Below are positions 13,676 to 29,000 of a stretch of 64,000 nucleotides of DNA, one piece after another. The first letter of the stretch is position 1. Each line of letters starts with the position of its first letter. The notes under the pieces are model-generated. The model searched no databases and was not told the DNA's origin. It saw only the letters and a program-made list of their open reading frames with translations. The position numbers were made by a program, and so were the translations under genes. This DNA is from Octopus sinensis (lineage: Eukaryota), in NCBI RefSeq assembly GCF_006345805.1, contig NC_043005.1, forward strand, positions 29,946,001 through 30,010,000, given 5' to 3'.

Positions 13676-13726
<51 letters not shown>

Positions 13727-13785
13727 ATATGTGCATATATGTATACGGACATATATATATGCATATATATATGTATATATATATA

Positions 13786-13821
<36 letters not shown>

Positions 13822-14152
13822 TATATATATGCATATGCATATATATATATATATATATCATCGTGATCACCATGACCAACCAGGCTAATAGATGTTGCTA
13901 CACATCGCTGGTCACAATGCACTTTGCATTGTTTTAGCCTTCAAATGATGCCACCCTGCTGGCTAAGTCAGCAGGCCAATATATATATATATATATATGT
14001 ATAATTGTAGTTGTGGCTGTATATATATATGCATAATTGTAGTTGTGGCTGATGCCAATGCCGCTTGACTGGCTCCTGTGCTGGTGGCACGCAATAAGCA
14101 CCATCCGAATGTGGTCGATGCCACCATGGAAAATAGATGTTAAATGATGATA

Positions 14153-14183
<31 letters not shown>

Positions 14184-14295
14184 CATATATATATTTATAG
14201 ATAAATATGTTTGAGTGTGTGTTACTGTATATATATATTTATATATATATAAGTAACTATATATACGAATATTTATGAAATATATATATATATAT

Positions 14296-14789
14296 CATCA
14301 TCATCATCTTCATCACATTCATTTAATGTCCACTTTTCATGCTGGCATGGATTAGACAGTTTGACTGGTTCTGGTAAGCTGGAGAGCTGCACAAGGTTCC
14401 AGTTTGATTTGGCACGGTTTCTATAGCTGGATGCCCTTCCTAATGCTGACCACTCCAAGAGTGTAATGGGTGCGTTTATGGGCCACTGGCACAGGTGCCA
14501 TTTGCATGGCACTGGCAATGGCTATGACTATGGTTCTACTTGGCTTAACAAGTCTTCTCAAGCACAGCATATTGCCAAGGTCTTGGTTACTTGTCATTGC
14601 CTCTGTAAGGCCCAACATTTGAAGATCATGCTTCACCACCTCATCCCATGTCTTCTTGGGTCTACCTCTGTCACAGGTTTCTTCCACAGTTAGAGATCGA
14701 CACTTCTTTACACATCTGTCCTCTTCCATATGCATCACATGACCATATCATCATATTCGTCTCTTTTGCACACCACATCTGATGCCTCT
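14296..14789 (-). mobile_element. RTE LINE 3' end with (GAT)n tail
   Basis: CVKKCRSLTVEETCDRGRPKKTWDEVVKHDL followed by a UTR and microsatellite tail. Related pieces lie at about 23340-23620, 30290-30450 and 31823-32170 (-), and 27580-28080 (+). Confidence 0.8.
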
Positions 14790-15845
14790 TAAAAGTGGCT
14801 AAAGGTGCATAACCTCTCCACAACTGGAGGAAGAAATACTTCTTGGTCAATTAGTTTTGTAACCAAAAAATATTTGTCTGTGCAGAGGTGTTACAGGCGG
14901 GGCAAGCAGGGGTAAGATACTCGTGTAGATGCCCAGTGGCAGGGGGTGGGGTGATGTGAAACTGAGGGTTTGTGTTTAAGGCTGAGCTGGTAGCTGGCAC
15001 TGACAGCCAGAGTAACAGCCCAAGCAGCAGTGGTATATCCACTGGCAACAACAGCAATGACAACAATGGTAACAGCAATAGCAGTGCAGCAGCAGCACAT
15101 CAAGAAGTAGACACGATACCAACAGTTATGACAGCAGCAGCTACACCAACTTTGCAGTCAGAAATAGCTGCTAGACCAGCAACAATGGAACCACCAGAAT
15201 CACATATAGGAATATAAGCATCAGCAGTGACTCCAGCAACATGAGCAATGATATCAGATCCTAAGTTAATGAAACAAGCATCGGCTATTGTAGCACATCC
15301 AATACACAGACACAAAAATATGTCGTTTTAGCTGCACCCTGTTTAAGCAATCCCATACATAATTAAATGGAAGTTCCTTGACCAACTTTGGACATATATA
15401 AATTGGAACAAACAATGTAATTTCTGCTTGACAGAGAGAGCAAGAATCCTAGAAAACCTTCCTCAACCTGGGGACCTTTTTAAACTCCAAGAAGGAAGTA
15501 TTTAGCCAATGCCCTAATCTAAAATGTTTCCTTCTGCAAATTTAGAATTCCCCATTAATTGGAAAGGCATGCCACAGCTCCTTCGAATATCACCTGTCAC
15601 AGTCAATATAAGGGATATATTTGTCCATGCAGTACTGCTGCATAGACTAATATTTTTTGTTTACAAAACTAACTGACAATGAAGTATTTTTCATCCGGTT
15701 GGGGAGAAGTTATACACATTTGGCCATTTGAGTCTGATGATTCACCGATATTGTTAAGTGCTTTGTAGGTGTGAAACCAATGGTCACTTTATCACCAGCC
15801 ATAACATGTAATTTCCTAAAAGATATATTACTGCTCTAATGCTTT
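14790..15845 (+). mobile_element. 5'-truncated Penelope-like element: inverted partial pLTR, GIY-YIG C-terminal remnant, and pLTR with hammerhead
   Basis: 15340-15540 reads IKWKFLDQ..TY...KQCNFCLTERARIL...NSKKEVFSQCPNLKCFLL across a frameshift. The reverse complement of 14790-14890 matches 15640-15730. Confidence 0.75.
15730..15789 (+). ncRNA. Type I hammerhead ribozyme motif with GUC cleavage triplet (predicted cut after 15785)
   Basis: Stem I GAGT/ACTT; core CTGATGA 15734-40; stem II CACC/GGTG; GAAA 15773-76; stem III ACC-AAT-GGT; C17 = 15785. The 10.1-11.1 closing pair is U.U rather than G-C. Confidence 0.7.
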
Positions 15846-15849
15846 AGAG

Positions 15850-15914
15850 TAGTGGTTCCCAACCCTTTCATTTAAATGAGTTTTCCCACAGACCTCTTTT
15901 AATATACTTATCCT

Positions 15915-15962
<48 letters not shown>

Positions 15963-16020
15963 TTTGAAATTTAGTTTGTGGACTACCAGGGCTCTGTGAA
16001 CCCCAAGTTAGGAACTTCTG
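15850..16020. mobile_element. hAT-like MITE
   Basis: Ends (T)AGTGGTTCCCAAC / GTTAGGAACTTCTG; candidate 8-bp TSD CTTTAGAG vs TTTTAGAA. Confidence 0.6.
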
Positions 16021-16132
16021 TTTTAGAATATTTGAACTACTGACAATATATATATACCGTGTGTATATATATATATATATATATATACATCCAATTTTTG
16101 GATATTTGAACTACTGACGATATATATATATA

Positions 16133-16585
16133 CTGTAAATCCTCGAGTATAATCCGCATTTTTTCCCAAAATTTAAAGGTCAAAATCCCTAGTGCATACT
16201 ATATACGAGGTTAAAAATGAGAATTATTTTCTAAGCAGTGTCCGAGTCTCTATTTGTTGTCTGGCAATGTTTATTCAGATGCATCTTGTGATGCCAGGCA
16301 CAAAAGTACCTTAAGCTAAGCCTGAAAGCAATGAAGTCATAAATGAATCATCCATAACTTGCAGTAAGCAACATTTATTAAACGTTATTACTGTTATTTC
16401 TTTATTTTCTGCAAACAAAATGCACAAAAAGACTACACATTTGCATTATGTTATATGTACAATAATAATAAAGGACATTACCATATACAGTTTTACAAAC
16501 CAAGGACGTTATATAGACCTCCTTGACTCAATTTAGAGAAGGGGTGTGTATTATACACAAGGGCAGACTATACTCGAGGATCTAC

Positions 16586-16587
<2 letters not shown>
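16133..16587. mobile_element. Tc2/pogo-like MITE, copy 1
   Basis: TIRs CTGTAAATCCTCGAGTATA / TATACTCGAGGATCTACGG with TA flanks; highly similar second copy at 48153-48579. Confidence 0.8.
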
Positions 16588-16636
<49 letters not shown>

Positions 16637-16679
16637 CATATATATATATAGATAGATATACATATATGTAGATACATAC

Positions 16680-18135
<1,456 letters not shown>

Positions 18136-18929
18136 CTCTATATATATAATGTATGTATTTATGTATGTATGTATGTATGTATGTATGTATGTATATAATG
18201 TATGTATTGTATGTATGTATGTATGTATAAACATGCACATACATGTGTCCTTATTTCTGTGTGTATATCTATGGAAAAAGGGATGTTAAATGATGTTGAT
18301 TATATATACACACATACATGTACATACATATATACACCCATATACATGTTAATTTTAAATATATATATATATAAACAGTAAAACCACATTAGTTGAAGCC
18401 TCACTTTATGCTGCACTGAAATAGACAATCACATTTATTTTTACGAAGAAAAAATTGACATTGGCTTCAAAGATTCAATTGTTTTGCTTTCATCAATTTG
18501 ATGAACACAACTGAGCAAAAAATCCAAAGCCTCTGTCACACATGTGTGTATGTATGTGCATGCACATGCATGTATATGCATGCATATGCATGTGTGCATG
18601 TGTGTGAGTCAGATGAGAAAGAAAATCTTGCTGCATTTCAGGATGGAAAAGAAACAAATACTTCTTTGGTTTTAACTGAGATATTTAATCAAGATAATAC
18701 TTTCCTTCATTGTTAATAATCCTATCTATCTAGCAAGTTGTTAATCCCTTTGGCATAAAATACTTCAGGTTTCAAAGCAAAAAATGCTCAATATCTCTTC
18801 ACAATTAATGAAATGTTTTCCTTCTGAATAATGGTACCGTGATCTGAAACCATGATGTTCAGATGGTGCAACGTCACGCAAGTAAGCAAGATGACTTAAA
18901 ACGTTCATATTCCATAATATAAATGCAAC

Positions 18930-19690
18930 ATCACTTTACAAATGACCTGTGATGAGCACTTTTTCTGCAAAGTGTTGTGCAATTCTTCCAATTGACAACA
19001 ATATTCCAAATTAACTGCTTGTTTTGGTTTAGCACTTTATGGCATCCAATATGCTTCATCTTCCAACAAACACTGAACATAACGTTTTTCCAATGCTGTC
19101 CTGGCTTCAGGATAGACTCTCCCTTTCTCACTGGGTGCTATTCATTGTTGTTTTCATAGGAGATGATTATAGAGAACACATTATCTTCTATCACTCGTGA
19201 TGACTCTATCCGGAAAAGTTTCTGTTGTAAGTCTACTCTTCAATGAGGAGCACTGAACAAATCTTTGATTAAACTGTGAAGCAGTCAGGTGATGAGGAAC
19301 TCAGTGACCAAATTTGAACATTTTTCCTAGTTTGTGTGGCCAAAATGTGACTTGAATTGAACTGTTCTGTTAACCCTTGTGCAGTTTGCTTTGGATTTTC
19401 CTCAACTACAATTTTCAGAAGCTCCATAACAATAGATCTTGATCATCCAGATGGAGGGAAATCTACAAAAAAAAACTTTCCCAAACGAATTTGGGGAACC
19501 AAAATCAGCATGTGTAGACACTTAAAACTTTGTTTCTATAGACAGAACAAATACTTCTTGCTGCTTCCTTTGCTGAAGAGCCCCTACTGAATTCATACAG
19601 CATGCAGTATCTGATATGGGTCTAATCTGAACTCATTTTAAAAGGGTAAAATCAATACAAATTTAGCCATTTTGGTATAAAATAATCTGC
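18930..19690 (-). mobile_element. Degenerate mariner transposase fragment
   Basis: KPGQHWKNVMFSVCWKMK..GCHKVL resembles the mariner K.MLSVWWD..G region; upstream is a TSDRR*CVLYN remnant of TGDEKWVLY. Confidence 0.55.
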
Positions 19691-19971
19691 AAAGAAGGCA
19701 AAAAAACAAACAATCAAACATTAGAACGTCAAAGTTGATGCATATTCTGCTGTAAGTATTGGAAAAGTATCTTCCAAGTGATTGTGTCAAAAATGGAGCA
19801 GAACTTTCTTATCAACCAAATGTGTGTGTGTGTGTATGCTCGTATGTATGTGTGTATATCTACATATATATGTATATATATGTATGTATATATATATATA
19901 TTTAATCTCATTCTGCCTTTTAAAAATCAATATTTAAAATCAATAATTATTGATTTTCAATAGACTTTATT

Positions 19972-20007
<36 letters not shown>

Positions 20008-20520
20008 ATACTACTGCTGCTTCTGACTTCACTTTCACTATGAACAGATTTGTGTAAACAATTTTAAAATCTATAAACAACTATAAACAAAATTAAAAGT
20101 AAAAGTAAAAAAACAGAAAGGGACTTCTTGATAGAAAATGAAATATTATTCACCTCTCAAAGACAAGGTAAACTTTGTTCACCATTCCACTACAAGTAGA
20201 TCATTATCTTTAAAATGAAGCTAAGCATAAGAAATGTTCATCTGCCAACCAAAATGTTACCTGAATAAATCACATCATTTATATAAAATTTGCTTGGTTA
20301 CATAACCCGGACATAGTTTAGTGAATTATTCTTAATAATTGAGTTCACATCCTATCTTGAAAATTTAAAAACCTGAATTGACCCTCAATGAATATGTTAC
20401 ATTATTGCTTTAGATGAGTGCTTTTCATACTCTTTTTTGAAATCTGCCAGTTTTCTTTTATTAAAATATTTCCAATACTGCTCCTGATATGATTCAACAA
20501 AATTAAATAAAAAAAAAACT

Positions 20521-20883
20521 CAGTTCTGTATTTAAGAGATGAGGAATTATGTACATTATTTACATTTGATGGATATTTGTCCTCATCTTGTTTGTTGTTA
20601 ACACAACATTTCGGCTGATATACCCTCCAGCCTTTATCAGGTGTCTTGGGGAAATTTTGAACCTGGGTTCTCATTCCTAAACAACAAGATCTAAAAATAA
20701 CATCGAAAAATACCTTAGGAATGAGAACCCAGGTTCGAAATTTCCCCAAGACACCTGATGAAGGCTGGAGTGTATATCAGCCGAAACATTGTGTTAACAA
20801 CAAGCAAGATGAGGACAAATATCCATCAAGTGTAAATAATGTAAATAATGTACATAATTCCTCATCTCTTAAATATAGAACTG
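20521..20883. mobile_element. Palindromic Penelope-LTR-type element with back-to-back hammerhead motifs
   Basis: Arms 20521-20680 and 20715-20883 are near-complementary; the right arm has a 9-nt TGTAAATAA duplication. Hammerhead motif at 20750-20795 (+) with a mirror copy on the - strand. Confidence 0.75.
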
Positions 20884-23800
20884 CATTTGATAAATAGATA
20901 GACAGATAGGCATGTCTGTTAGGCAAGGAACCTTGCCAAAGCAGGCACTGGAGCACAACACAGATTTTGTCAAAAACATCTGATTCATGCCAGCATCAAT
21001 GACAGATTTTAAAAGACAATGATGATAATGATGACAATACTCATTCTTGCACAATTTAGCCCATAATTCCTATTTATGCACATAACTATCAGCACCATTT
21101 GTGTGTGTGTATGAGTGTCCATCTCTGACCTCTCTAAAGTAAAAACCCTACAAACACCAACTTAGATTCTCTCCATTATTTACACCAATTCTTCTTTCCA
21201 CACATATATGGACTCAACTAGTTCCTTCACCACATGGACTCATTCCAGAATTCCAATAGTAAAAATATGCATCTTCACTTTTGTCACATTCCTCATCTAT
21301 GAAGGATTTCAATAGACTTTGAATACAATGTTGCCTGGTATATCTTATTATTTACTAAGCCATGCACCCACAATATCAAGCCAAACCAGCTTTGCTTATC
21401 TCAAAATTGAGATTCACTTCTCTCAACTTAATCTACTTAACAAACATTCTGAACTCATTTCTTATTGCTAACACAGAACTTTCAGTACACAGAAATGCTA
21501 ACCCAACCCCCAACTCCACCCCACCCTGGCTTCCCTACACCCTCCTCCATACACCCTACCAGTGAAAACCCACATACCATCAGCACTGGTTTCACTGCTC
21601 CTTCTTCCTTATTTTATTTAGAAAAATACCATTAGGATTATAGTTTTGATATAAGCAATTGTTTTAGTTTAGTTTCATCTTATCTATCTCTCTAATACAT
21701 CATTGATGTATGTTATTCCATTAATCCGCATGTCTCCTTAAAACTTCTTTCTGTATATGATTGCAACTTAGTACATTTGTATCAACTGCTGCATTTCATC
21801 AATGCATATGCAGTTGCATACCTGTATATCGATGTATGCATCTATGCATTGTATACGCTTGCGTGTGTAATTTGTGTGTATGTATAACATTATTTGCATG
21901 TGTTCACAAGCCATCATCATTGCATACGTCTACATATTGCATATATGCTTGTGTATAAGCATGTGTCATAATCACCATAAACTTCATCATCATCATCATC
22001 GTCGTTGTCATCATAATCATCATCATCATCATTGCCATCACTGTCATCATCGTCATCATTTAATGCTGTTTGCATGGGCCAGACAGAATTCATTGAGACA
22101 AATTTTCCTATGGTCAGATGTCCTTCCTGTTGCCAACCCTCAACTGTTTCCATGCAAGGTGATATTTCTTTGTGAATGGACATGTTTTCCATGGATGATT
22201 GGAATTGAAGGACACTCACTTACAACTAACATGCAATGTCAACATGAAGAGGTACATGTGCACACACACACACACACCCACACACACACACACACACACG
22301 CACACACACCCACACACACACACACACACACAAAAGCACATATATTACAGGCTTCTTTTAGTTTCCATCTGCCAAACCTACTCACAAGGCTTTGATGGAC
22401 GATACTTGCCCACGGTGCTGCACAATGGAACTGAACACAAAACCTTGTGGTTTGGAAGCAAGATTCTTAACCACACAGCTTTGCCTGCATTGAGAAGTTT
22501 CCTTTCTGTCTGAGTATAAAGTTGTATTCATGTGTTTAGAGGCCGTCTTCGTCATGTACATCTTTACCCTGTGTACATGTTCATGCATAACCATGTAAAA
22601 TCACATGCATATGGTGGGTGCAAAGATAACTGATGGGTTAAGAAATTGGAATGGAAACAGTTTACTCCCTGCACATTCTATTATGCTCCACCCACTCCTC
22701 CGTGTTTCTAACAAAAGAATCCCAGGCCCATGTGGTCGCATCTTCTATGAGTTCCTTTAGGGCCTCGGAGAAAACCATTGACTAACGGGTATGCCCAGGA
22801 CATGCAGTGTTGAGGAATCGATCTCTCCAGTCAGGACAAGAAGATCTATCCTTGACATGCGGATGGGAGTCAGCAGCGGACAGCCCTGACCCTTGAAGAC
22901 TCTTGCGAGTAGGGGAGGTACTTGGCTACCCCAGTAAGAAGAGAAAGGAGAAGAAGAAGGGGTAGAGTTAGAGGGAAAGAGAGACAGAGAGCTGATAGAA
23001 CGGTAGTGGGGGATATAAGTAGTGCAGAGAGGATAGAGGGGTATGTTATATACAAGTGTGAGAGGAGGTGGTTACAGATGGGGAAGAGGTGACTGTAGTA
23101 GGTAGTGGTGGGGTAGACATGGGTAAGGACATGGAGAGTGTGCAGATAGGCATGTGAGGGATAATGGAAGGTCCTGCAGAGAGTGGTGGTCATGAGTGGT
23201 GGGATGGTGGGGTATTGGGAACATGAGTAGTGGGGACGTTTTGACAGATGGCAGATTGTGTGTGTGTGAGAGAGAGAGAGAGAAGGGCATGGCCATAAAG
23301 TATGTGCTTGTATGTATAGTCAACCACTATTTTACATAGTTTAGCGTTGTCTTCCTCCCAATCAAAGCAATCACCAGAAGTCTTTGATTCCTTGTCTTCT
23401 TCTCTGCGAGGCCCAGCATCTAAAAATCATTTCTCACCACTTTGTTCCATATATTCCTGAGTATACCCCTTCCACAGATTCCCTCCACATTTACAGATCA
23501 GCACTTTTTATGCAGCTACCCTCATCCAGACACGTCCCGTGACCATTCCAGCACAGTCTTCTTTCTGATGCCTCTTATACACAGTTTTTCTCTTAAAACA
23601 CACTTGCACTTTGATGTTACACATTCAGCAGTGCATGGTGACCTCAGTGGATGTGCAATAAATATATTATTTATAGTAGCAAGCTGGCAGAATTATTAGC
23701 ACACCAGTCGAAATGCTTAGCAGTATTTCGTTTGCTGTTATGTTCTGAGTTCAAATTCTGCTGAGGTGGACTTTGCCTTTCATCCTTTCAGAGTCGATTA

Positions 23801-24074
23801 AATAAGTACCAGTTACACACATGTATGTGTGTGCACGTATGGATGCGTGTGTATGTTTGCATGTGTGTGTGTGTGTGTGTGTGTGTGCATGCATGCGTTT
23901 GTATGTTTCTATTTATTTACATGTATCAAAACTAAATAAAATAAAACTGCAGATTTATTTTTGAAATTTTTGTATTTTATATTTTTTCATATTTTTATTA
24001 TTTCTGTTTTTTTCTATTTTGTTTCTATCTTCCAAATTCTATTGCTTTTTCCTATTTTTTTTTTCTTCTTTTAG

Positions 24075-24273
24075 GCCACTCGTATTTTTAGGTTTAAAAA
24101 TACTATTGCGATTCGGAGCCTGTGAAGTACTTAACGTCAGTGAAACGTGTCTCATGAACTGGTTACAGACAATTGAGTCCAAATATCATGCTTCCAATTA
24201 TTACCATAACTCTACTCATGCTACTGATGTTCTTCATGCAGCAGCCTTCTTCTTGGAGCAACTAAAATACAAA
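24075..24273 (+). CDS. PDE8: PDE8 exon 4 in window (PLVFLG...[12 protein letters not shown]...LKYK)
   Basis: ttttag acceptor, GTAAGG donor at 24274; 199 nt, phase 2-0. Carries YHNSTHA.DV with the first metal-binding His. Confidence 0.97.
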
Positions 24274-25948
24274 GTAAGGCCGTCCTGTTTCCTCAACACT
24301 CTCTTCTGGTTGACCATTTCTTTGTCTTTCTTGTCCATGTCATTCCTCATCACCCTCGCCACCATCATTGTTATTGCTTCATGTTTGCATAAACTGTTCT
24401 CAATTGAAACCTCACCTGTTTTTGAGCGACACAATATTCTCACCTGGCCAGACATGTTTTTATAGAAGACTGGAAATGAATGACACCACTTACATGAAGT
24501 TGACACTCATTTACAACCTCCACACACTGTCAAGACAAGGAGACACAAACACACATATATGCACCTCTACACACACACACACACACACACACATTCATAT
24601 ATGTATGTGTGTATATTATATAACAGGCTTCTATCAGTTCCTGTGTACCAAATCTATTCAAAAGGCATTGGTGCACATACATACAAATATGTACATATAT
24701 ATGTATGTGTGTATGTAGAGAAGATGCTTGCCCAAGGTACCACACAGTGGGACTGAACTGGAAGACCATGTGGTTGGGAAGCAAACTTCTTAACCGCACA
24801 AATAAAACCAGTCATAGAACAAATTAGATTATCATTTAGAGAAGGGATTATCTAATTATGTATCTTTCTATCTTTTAGCAGAGAGGTATCATACCAAACT
24901 GACCTTACCTGTGATGGTGCCACGTAAAAAGCACTGAGTCAACTCTGTGGAGCAGTTGATGCTAGGAAGGGCATCCAACCATAAAAAACCTTGCCAAAAC
25001 AGACATAATAGCCTGCGGGTAGTCTTTTACATGGTTGCCTCCTGTCAACCATCCTACCCACGCATGCATGGAAGATGGGTGTTGAACGGTGATGAGGACA
25101 ATAATAACTCTTTATCTTTTAGTGTAGAGTGAATGTATTACAGATGTAGAAAGTCATTGAAATGAAATATTTCATATTCCTGAGTAAATTTTTATTTAAA
25201 TATCAATTAAAAAAGTGGTTATATTTATCATATAGGCTTTGCATTCACAGAGTTTCAGGTTCAATTCCACTGCACAACCACTTGGGTACGTATCTTCTAC
25301 TTTAGCCCTGGCTGGTCACTATTTTATCAGTGAATTTGATAGGTGGAAACTGTTTGGAAGCTTGTGCTATCTATCACTCTATCTACACACACACATACAC
25401 ATATACATATATATGTATGTATGCATGTATATACACACACACATGTGTTTATATATACACACACACATTCACACAACGGGCTTCTTTCAGTTTTTACCCA
25501 CCAAATCCATTCACACAGTTTTGGTCAGCCTGAGGCTTTAACAGAAAGCACTTGCCAGAGGTGCCATGCAGTGGGACTGAACACAGACACATGTGGATAG
25601 GAAGCAAACTTCTAAACCACACAGCCAGGCTTGTTAATATTGTTCCATTTTCCGTCAGATTGAAAGCTTCTGATCTGTGATCCCAAGCACCTCTTTGTTC
25701 TTGGTCCAAATTCTAAAGAAATCATTGTTGTGTCTGAAACATAGAAGATAATAAAATGGTGCTTCCATTCAGTTTTCATGTTATAATGTCCTGAAAATAT
25801 CTCAATAAATAGTTGAAACAACACAATGAAATGGTCAAAATCCTGCTTATTAAGATTTCATACTTTTATTGTTATCTGACATTTGATTACGATGTATTAA
25901 ACTGATTCTTCAGGATTTGTACAGAATTTCTTTCTTTTGTGATTCCAG

Positions 25949-26079
25949 GCTATCTTTGATCAGATGGATGAAATCTCCTGCCTCATTTCCGCCATAATCC
26001 ACGATGTTGACCATCCTGGACGAACAAATGCATTCTTGATTAATGCTCGCAATGAACTGGCATTGCTTTACAATGATTT
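25949..26079 (+). CDS. PDE8: PDE8 exon 5 in window (AIFDQMDE...[15 protein letters not shown]...LYND)
   Basis: ttccag acceptor, GTAAGT donor at 26080; 131 nt, phase 0-2. HDVDHPG.TN.FL class I PDE signature. Confidence 0.97.
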
Positions 26080-29000
26080 GTAAGTCTGTGCAACCAAGCA
26101 CAACCATTTATATACATTTATTATCATCATCATCATCTGCTTCATAATTTAATGTCCATATATTATACACATTCAAATGAGGTCAATATTTATCAGTCAT
26201 TGCACTAAACAATCTTAGTTTATTTCACAGAGATTATCTGTATTTGTTACTGACACAAACAATCGCTAATTTCCTTGGACATCAAACTTTTTTATTTTCA
26301 TTTTCATTTTCCTCATACATAGAAACCTAAATCACATCCTTTGACAGTCATTGATATCCATGGCAATCTATGTCAATTCATGTTCTGCTGATAATGTAAA
26401 TTTTCCATTCACTTACACAAACACACATACATACACAGGATCATCAACATTTAACACCCACATTCCATGCTAGCATGGGGTAGATGACTAGACTGGATCT
26501 GATGCAATGACTGTACCCTGTTTCAATGCCTTCTTTGACATGGTTTCTAAGACCGAGTACCTTTCCTAATGCTGACCACTTTACAGCATATGCCAGGTGC
26601 CTTTTTTTTTTTTTTGGCAACCCTTATGCACGTGGTCACCAAGTAACTAACAAAACAGAAAACACCCCCTCCCCTCCACTCAGTGGGAGTTTAGTAGAGG
26701 GGAGGGGACTTTATGCTTGGAGTTTGGATTCTAAAAAATGATAGAAGGTCAGAAACAGCTTTGTGGGGAGATACACAGCTACCCGACATTACATAAGGGT
26801 GGGTGGGAATAGCTGGAAAGAGATAAAAATGTTGGTGACAAGGTGTCAGGGTGTTACCTCAAGATACAAGGGGATAGAAAGGAGAATAGAGACAGAGTAT
26901 TGGGAAGGGGTGGAAGGGTAGGCTCACAAGGGTGTGAAAGGAGCATAAAAGATGGTTAGAGGTTGGGGCACATTAACAAGATGGACAACATTGAAAACAG
27001 CGTAGACAGATGCTTGTGAATGCAAAGTCCTTCCCTGGGGCAGACCGGATAATACAGCATGGGTTTATGATTAATAACATCAGACTTAGACTTTGAAGGA
27101 CTCAGAAACACAAACCAGTCAGGAAAAGAAAACTATGGAAGCTAAAAGATCTCCTGAACAGTCAGAAATTATGAGAAGTTAAAAAATTTGATGAGAAGTG
27201 TGGGGAGATAGAGATGTATTGCATGGGTGAGGGCTCCACTGGAAGCTTTTGCAGGACAACTTGCTAAGGGTTCCTAGCCAAATCTGTGGCTAATGCAAAT
27301 TTCCGACCAAACCGTGGACGCTGTGATGGTGGAGCCAGGAAGTAGTCAGAGCTGTAAAAGTGAAGAGACTAGCTTGCAAAAGTTGGAAGAATAGGGGCAG
27401 CAGAGAATTATGACAGGCGGCCAGAAGAGAAGCTGGGCAACAGGTTTACTTAGCAAAGAGAGAAGCAAAAAGTAAGAATTTTACCAATGTTTTTCAGCAT
27501 GTAGATGCAAAATGTAAGGAGTTCCAAATTTCAAGAAGATATATCAAAGAGAATTAAGTGGGGGTGAGAAGTGTGTATGGATAGAAAATGGTACACTTTC
27601 ACTTCATAACTCTGAAAAGTCGCCCCCTCAGAGTAAAAGGCAGATTGTATGATGGTTGTATATGAACTGCACCAGTATATGGTAGTAAGACATGGGCACT
27701 AAATGCAGAAGACTTGGAAAGACTAAACAGAAGTGAAACAAGCATGTTCTACTGGATGTGCTATATAAATGTGTATGTATGACAAAGTGCATATTTGTTG
27801 AGAGAAAATTTGGGTCTAAAAAGGATCAGATGTGTGCAAGAAAGAAGACTGCTCTCGTATGGAGATTGTTATGATTAGGGTTGAAGTCAGCAGTATAAAG
27901 AAGTTTCAAAAGCTTAATGTGGATGGAGCTTATGGAAGACAGAAACTTAGGAAGACCTGGGATCAAGCAGTGAAGGGAGACCTTCAGACTTTGAGCCACA
28001 AGATAATGATGGAAAAACCTAGATAATTTGGTGATATATGGTGCCTTAGAAAACCCACTTATCTCTGCAAAACTCAGGTTCTGGAATCATAATATTTATG
28101 TATAGAACTGGGCCCTTCACCCAATTTGCTATAATGCTTCCACTCTCCCTCATTTCTCTGTCACAGATCCCTTCATCACTTGTCTAAGTAATGCTGTTGT
28201 AATTAAATGAGAGCAGAACAACAGGACCAATGAAAGTATCAACACAGCATATTCACAAATAAATGTGTTGATAGTAGTTATAAACTATATCATTACAGAC
28301 ACACAAAACAGCAAAGATCAAAATATTGATCTGTCTGTTCATTCTTTCTATTTTCCTACATACGCAAACCTAAACATGATCCTCTGCTCTTGGGTATTGA
28401 ATAGACAAAACAACTTCTCATTAAATACAATGGGGGTAAACAACACACAATACCCTGCAGCAAAGAGTCACTTGCACATTTGAATGTGCAGAAATGGAGT
28501 AACAATGAATGCCCTCATCCATATTATATATAATATGTTTATAAAAACTAAAAAGCATAGATTTAGTCTTGCTATGGAAGTATAATTCATGGCTAAATAG
28601 CAGAAGTTATGGGAAAAGCTGAATCTAATTATTTTAATCTCACATTAAAGATACATTAGGGACCACTTACCTGGTCTTCTAACTGTTGAATATTAAGAAG
28701 CATAGATCTGTTTATGAATAATGTAAATAAATTATCGCTGGTATTAAGATATTTGTATAATGCTGCTACCTGCTGTAGTTAAGAAACAGATTTACTTGTG
28801 AATAATTTAAGTAATCTATTATTGATGTGAAGATATTTACATAATGGCTCAAGGTGAAGGATGGTATTTAATAACAAACAGTATTTAATTCCTGGCTGTC
28901 AACCTTGTCAAAACTAGCCTGATTTATCATTGCTTCTTGTTACTAAAGCTCTAGTTGTTTATCCAATGCTAAACCTATGTTTGTTTAATACATTGTATAT

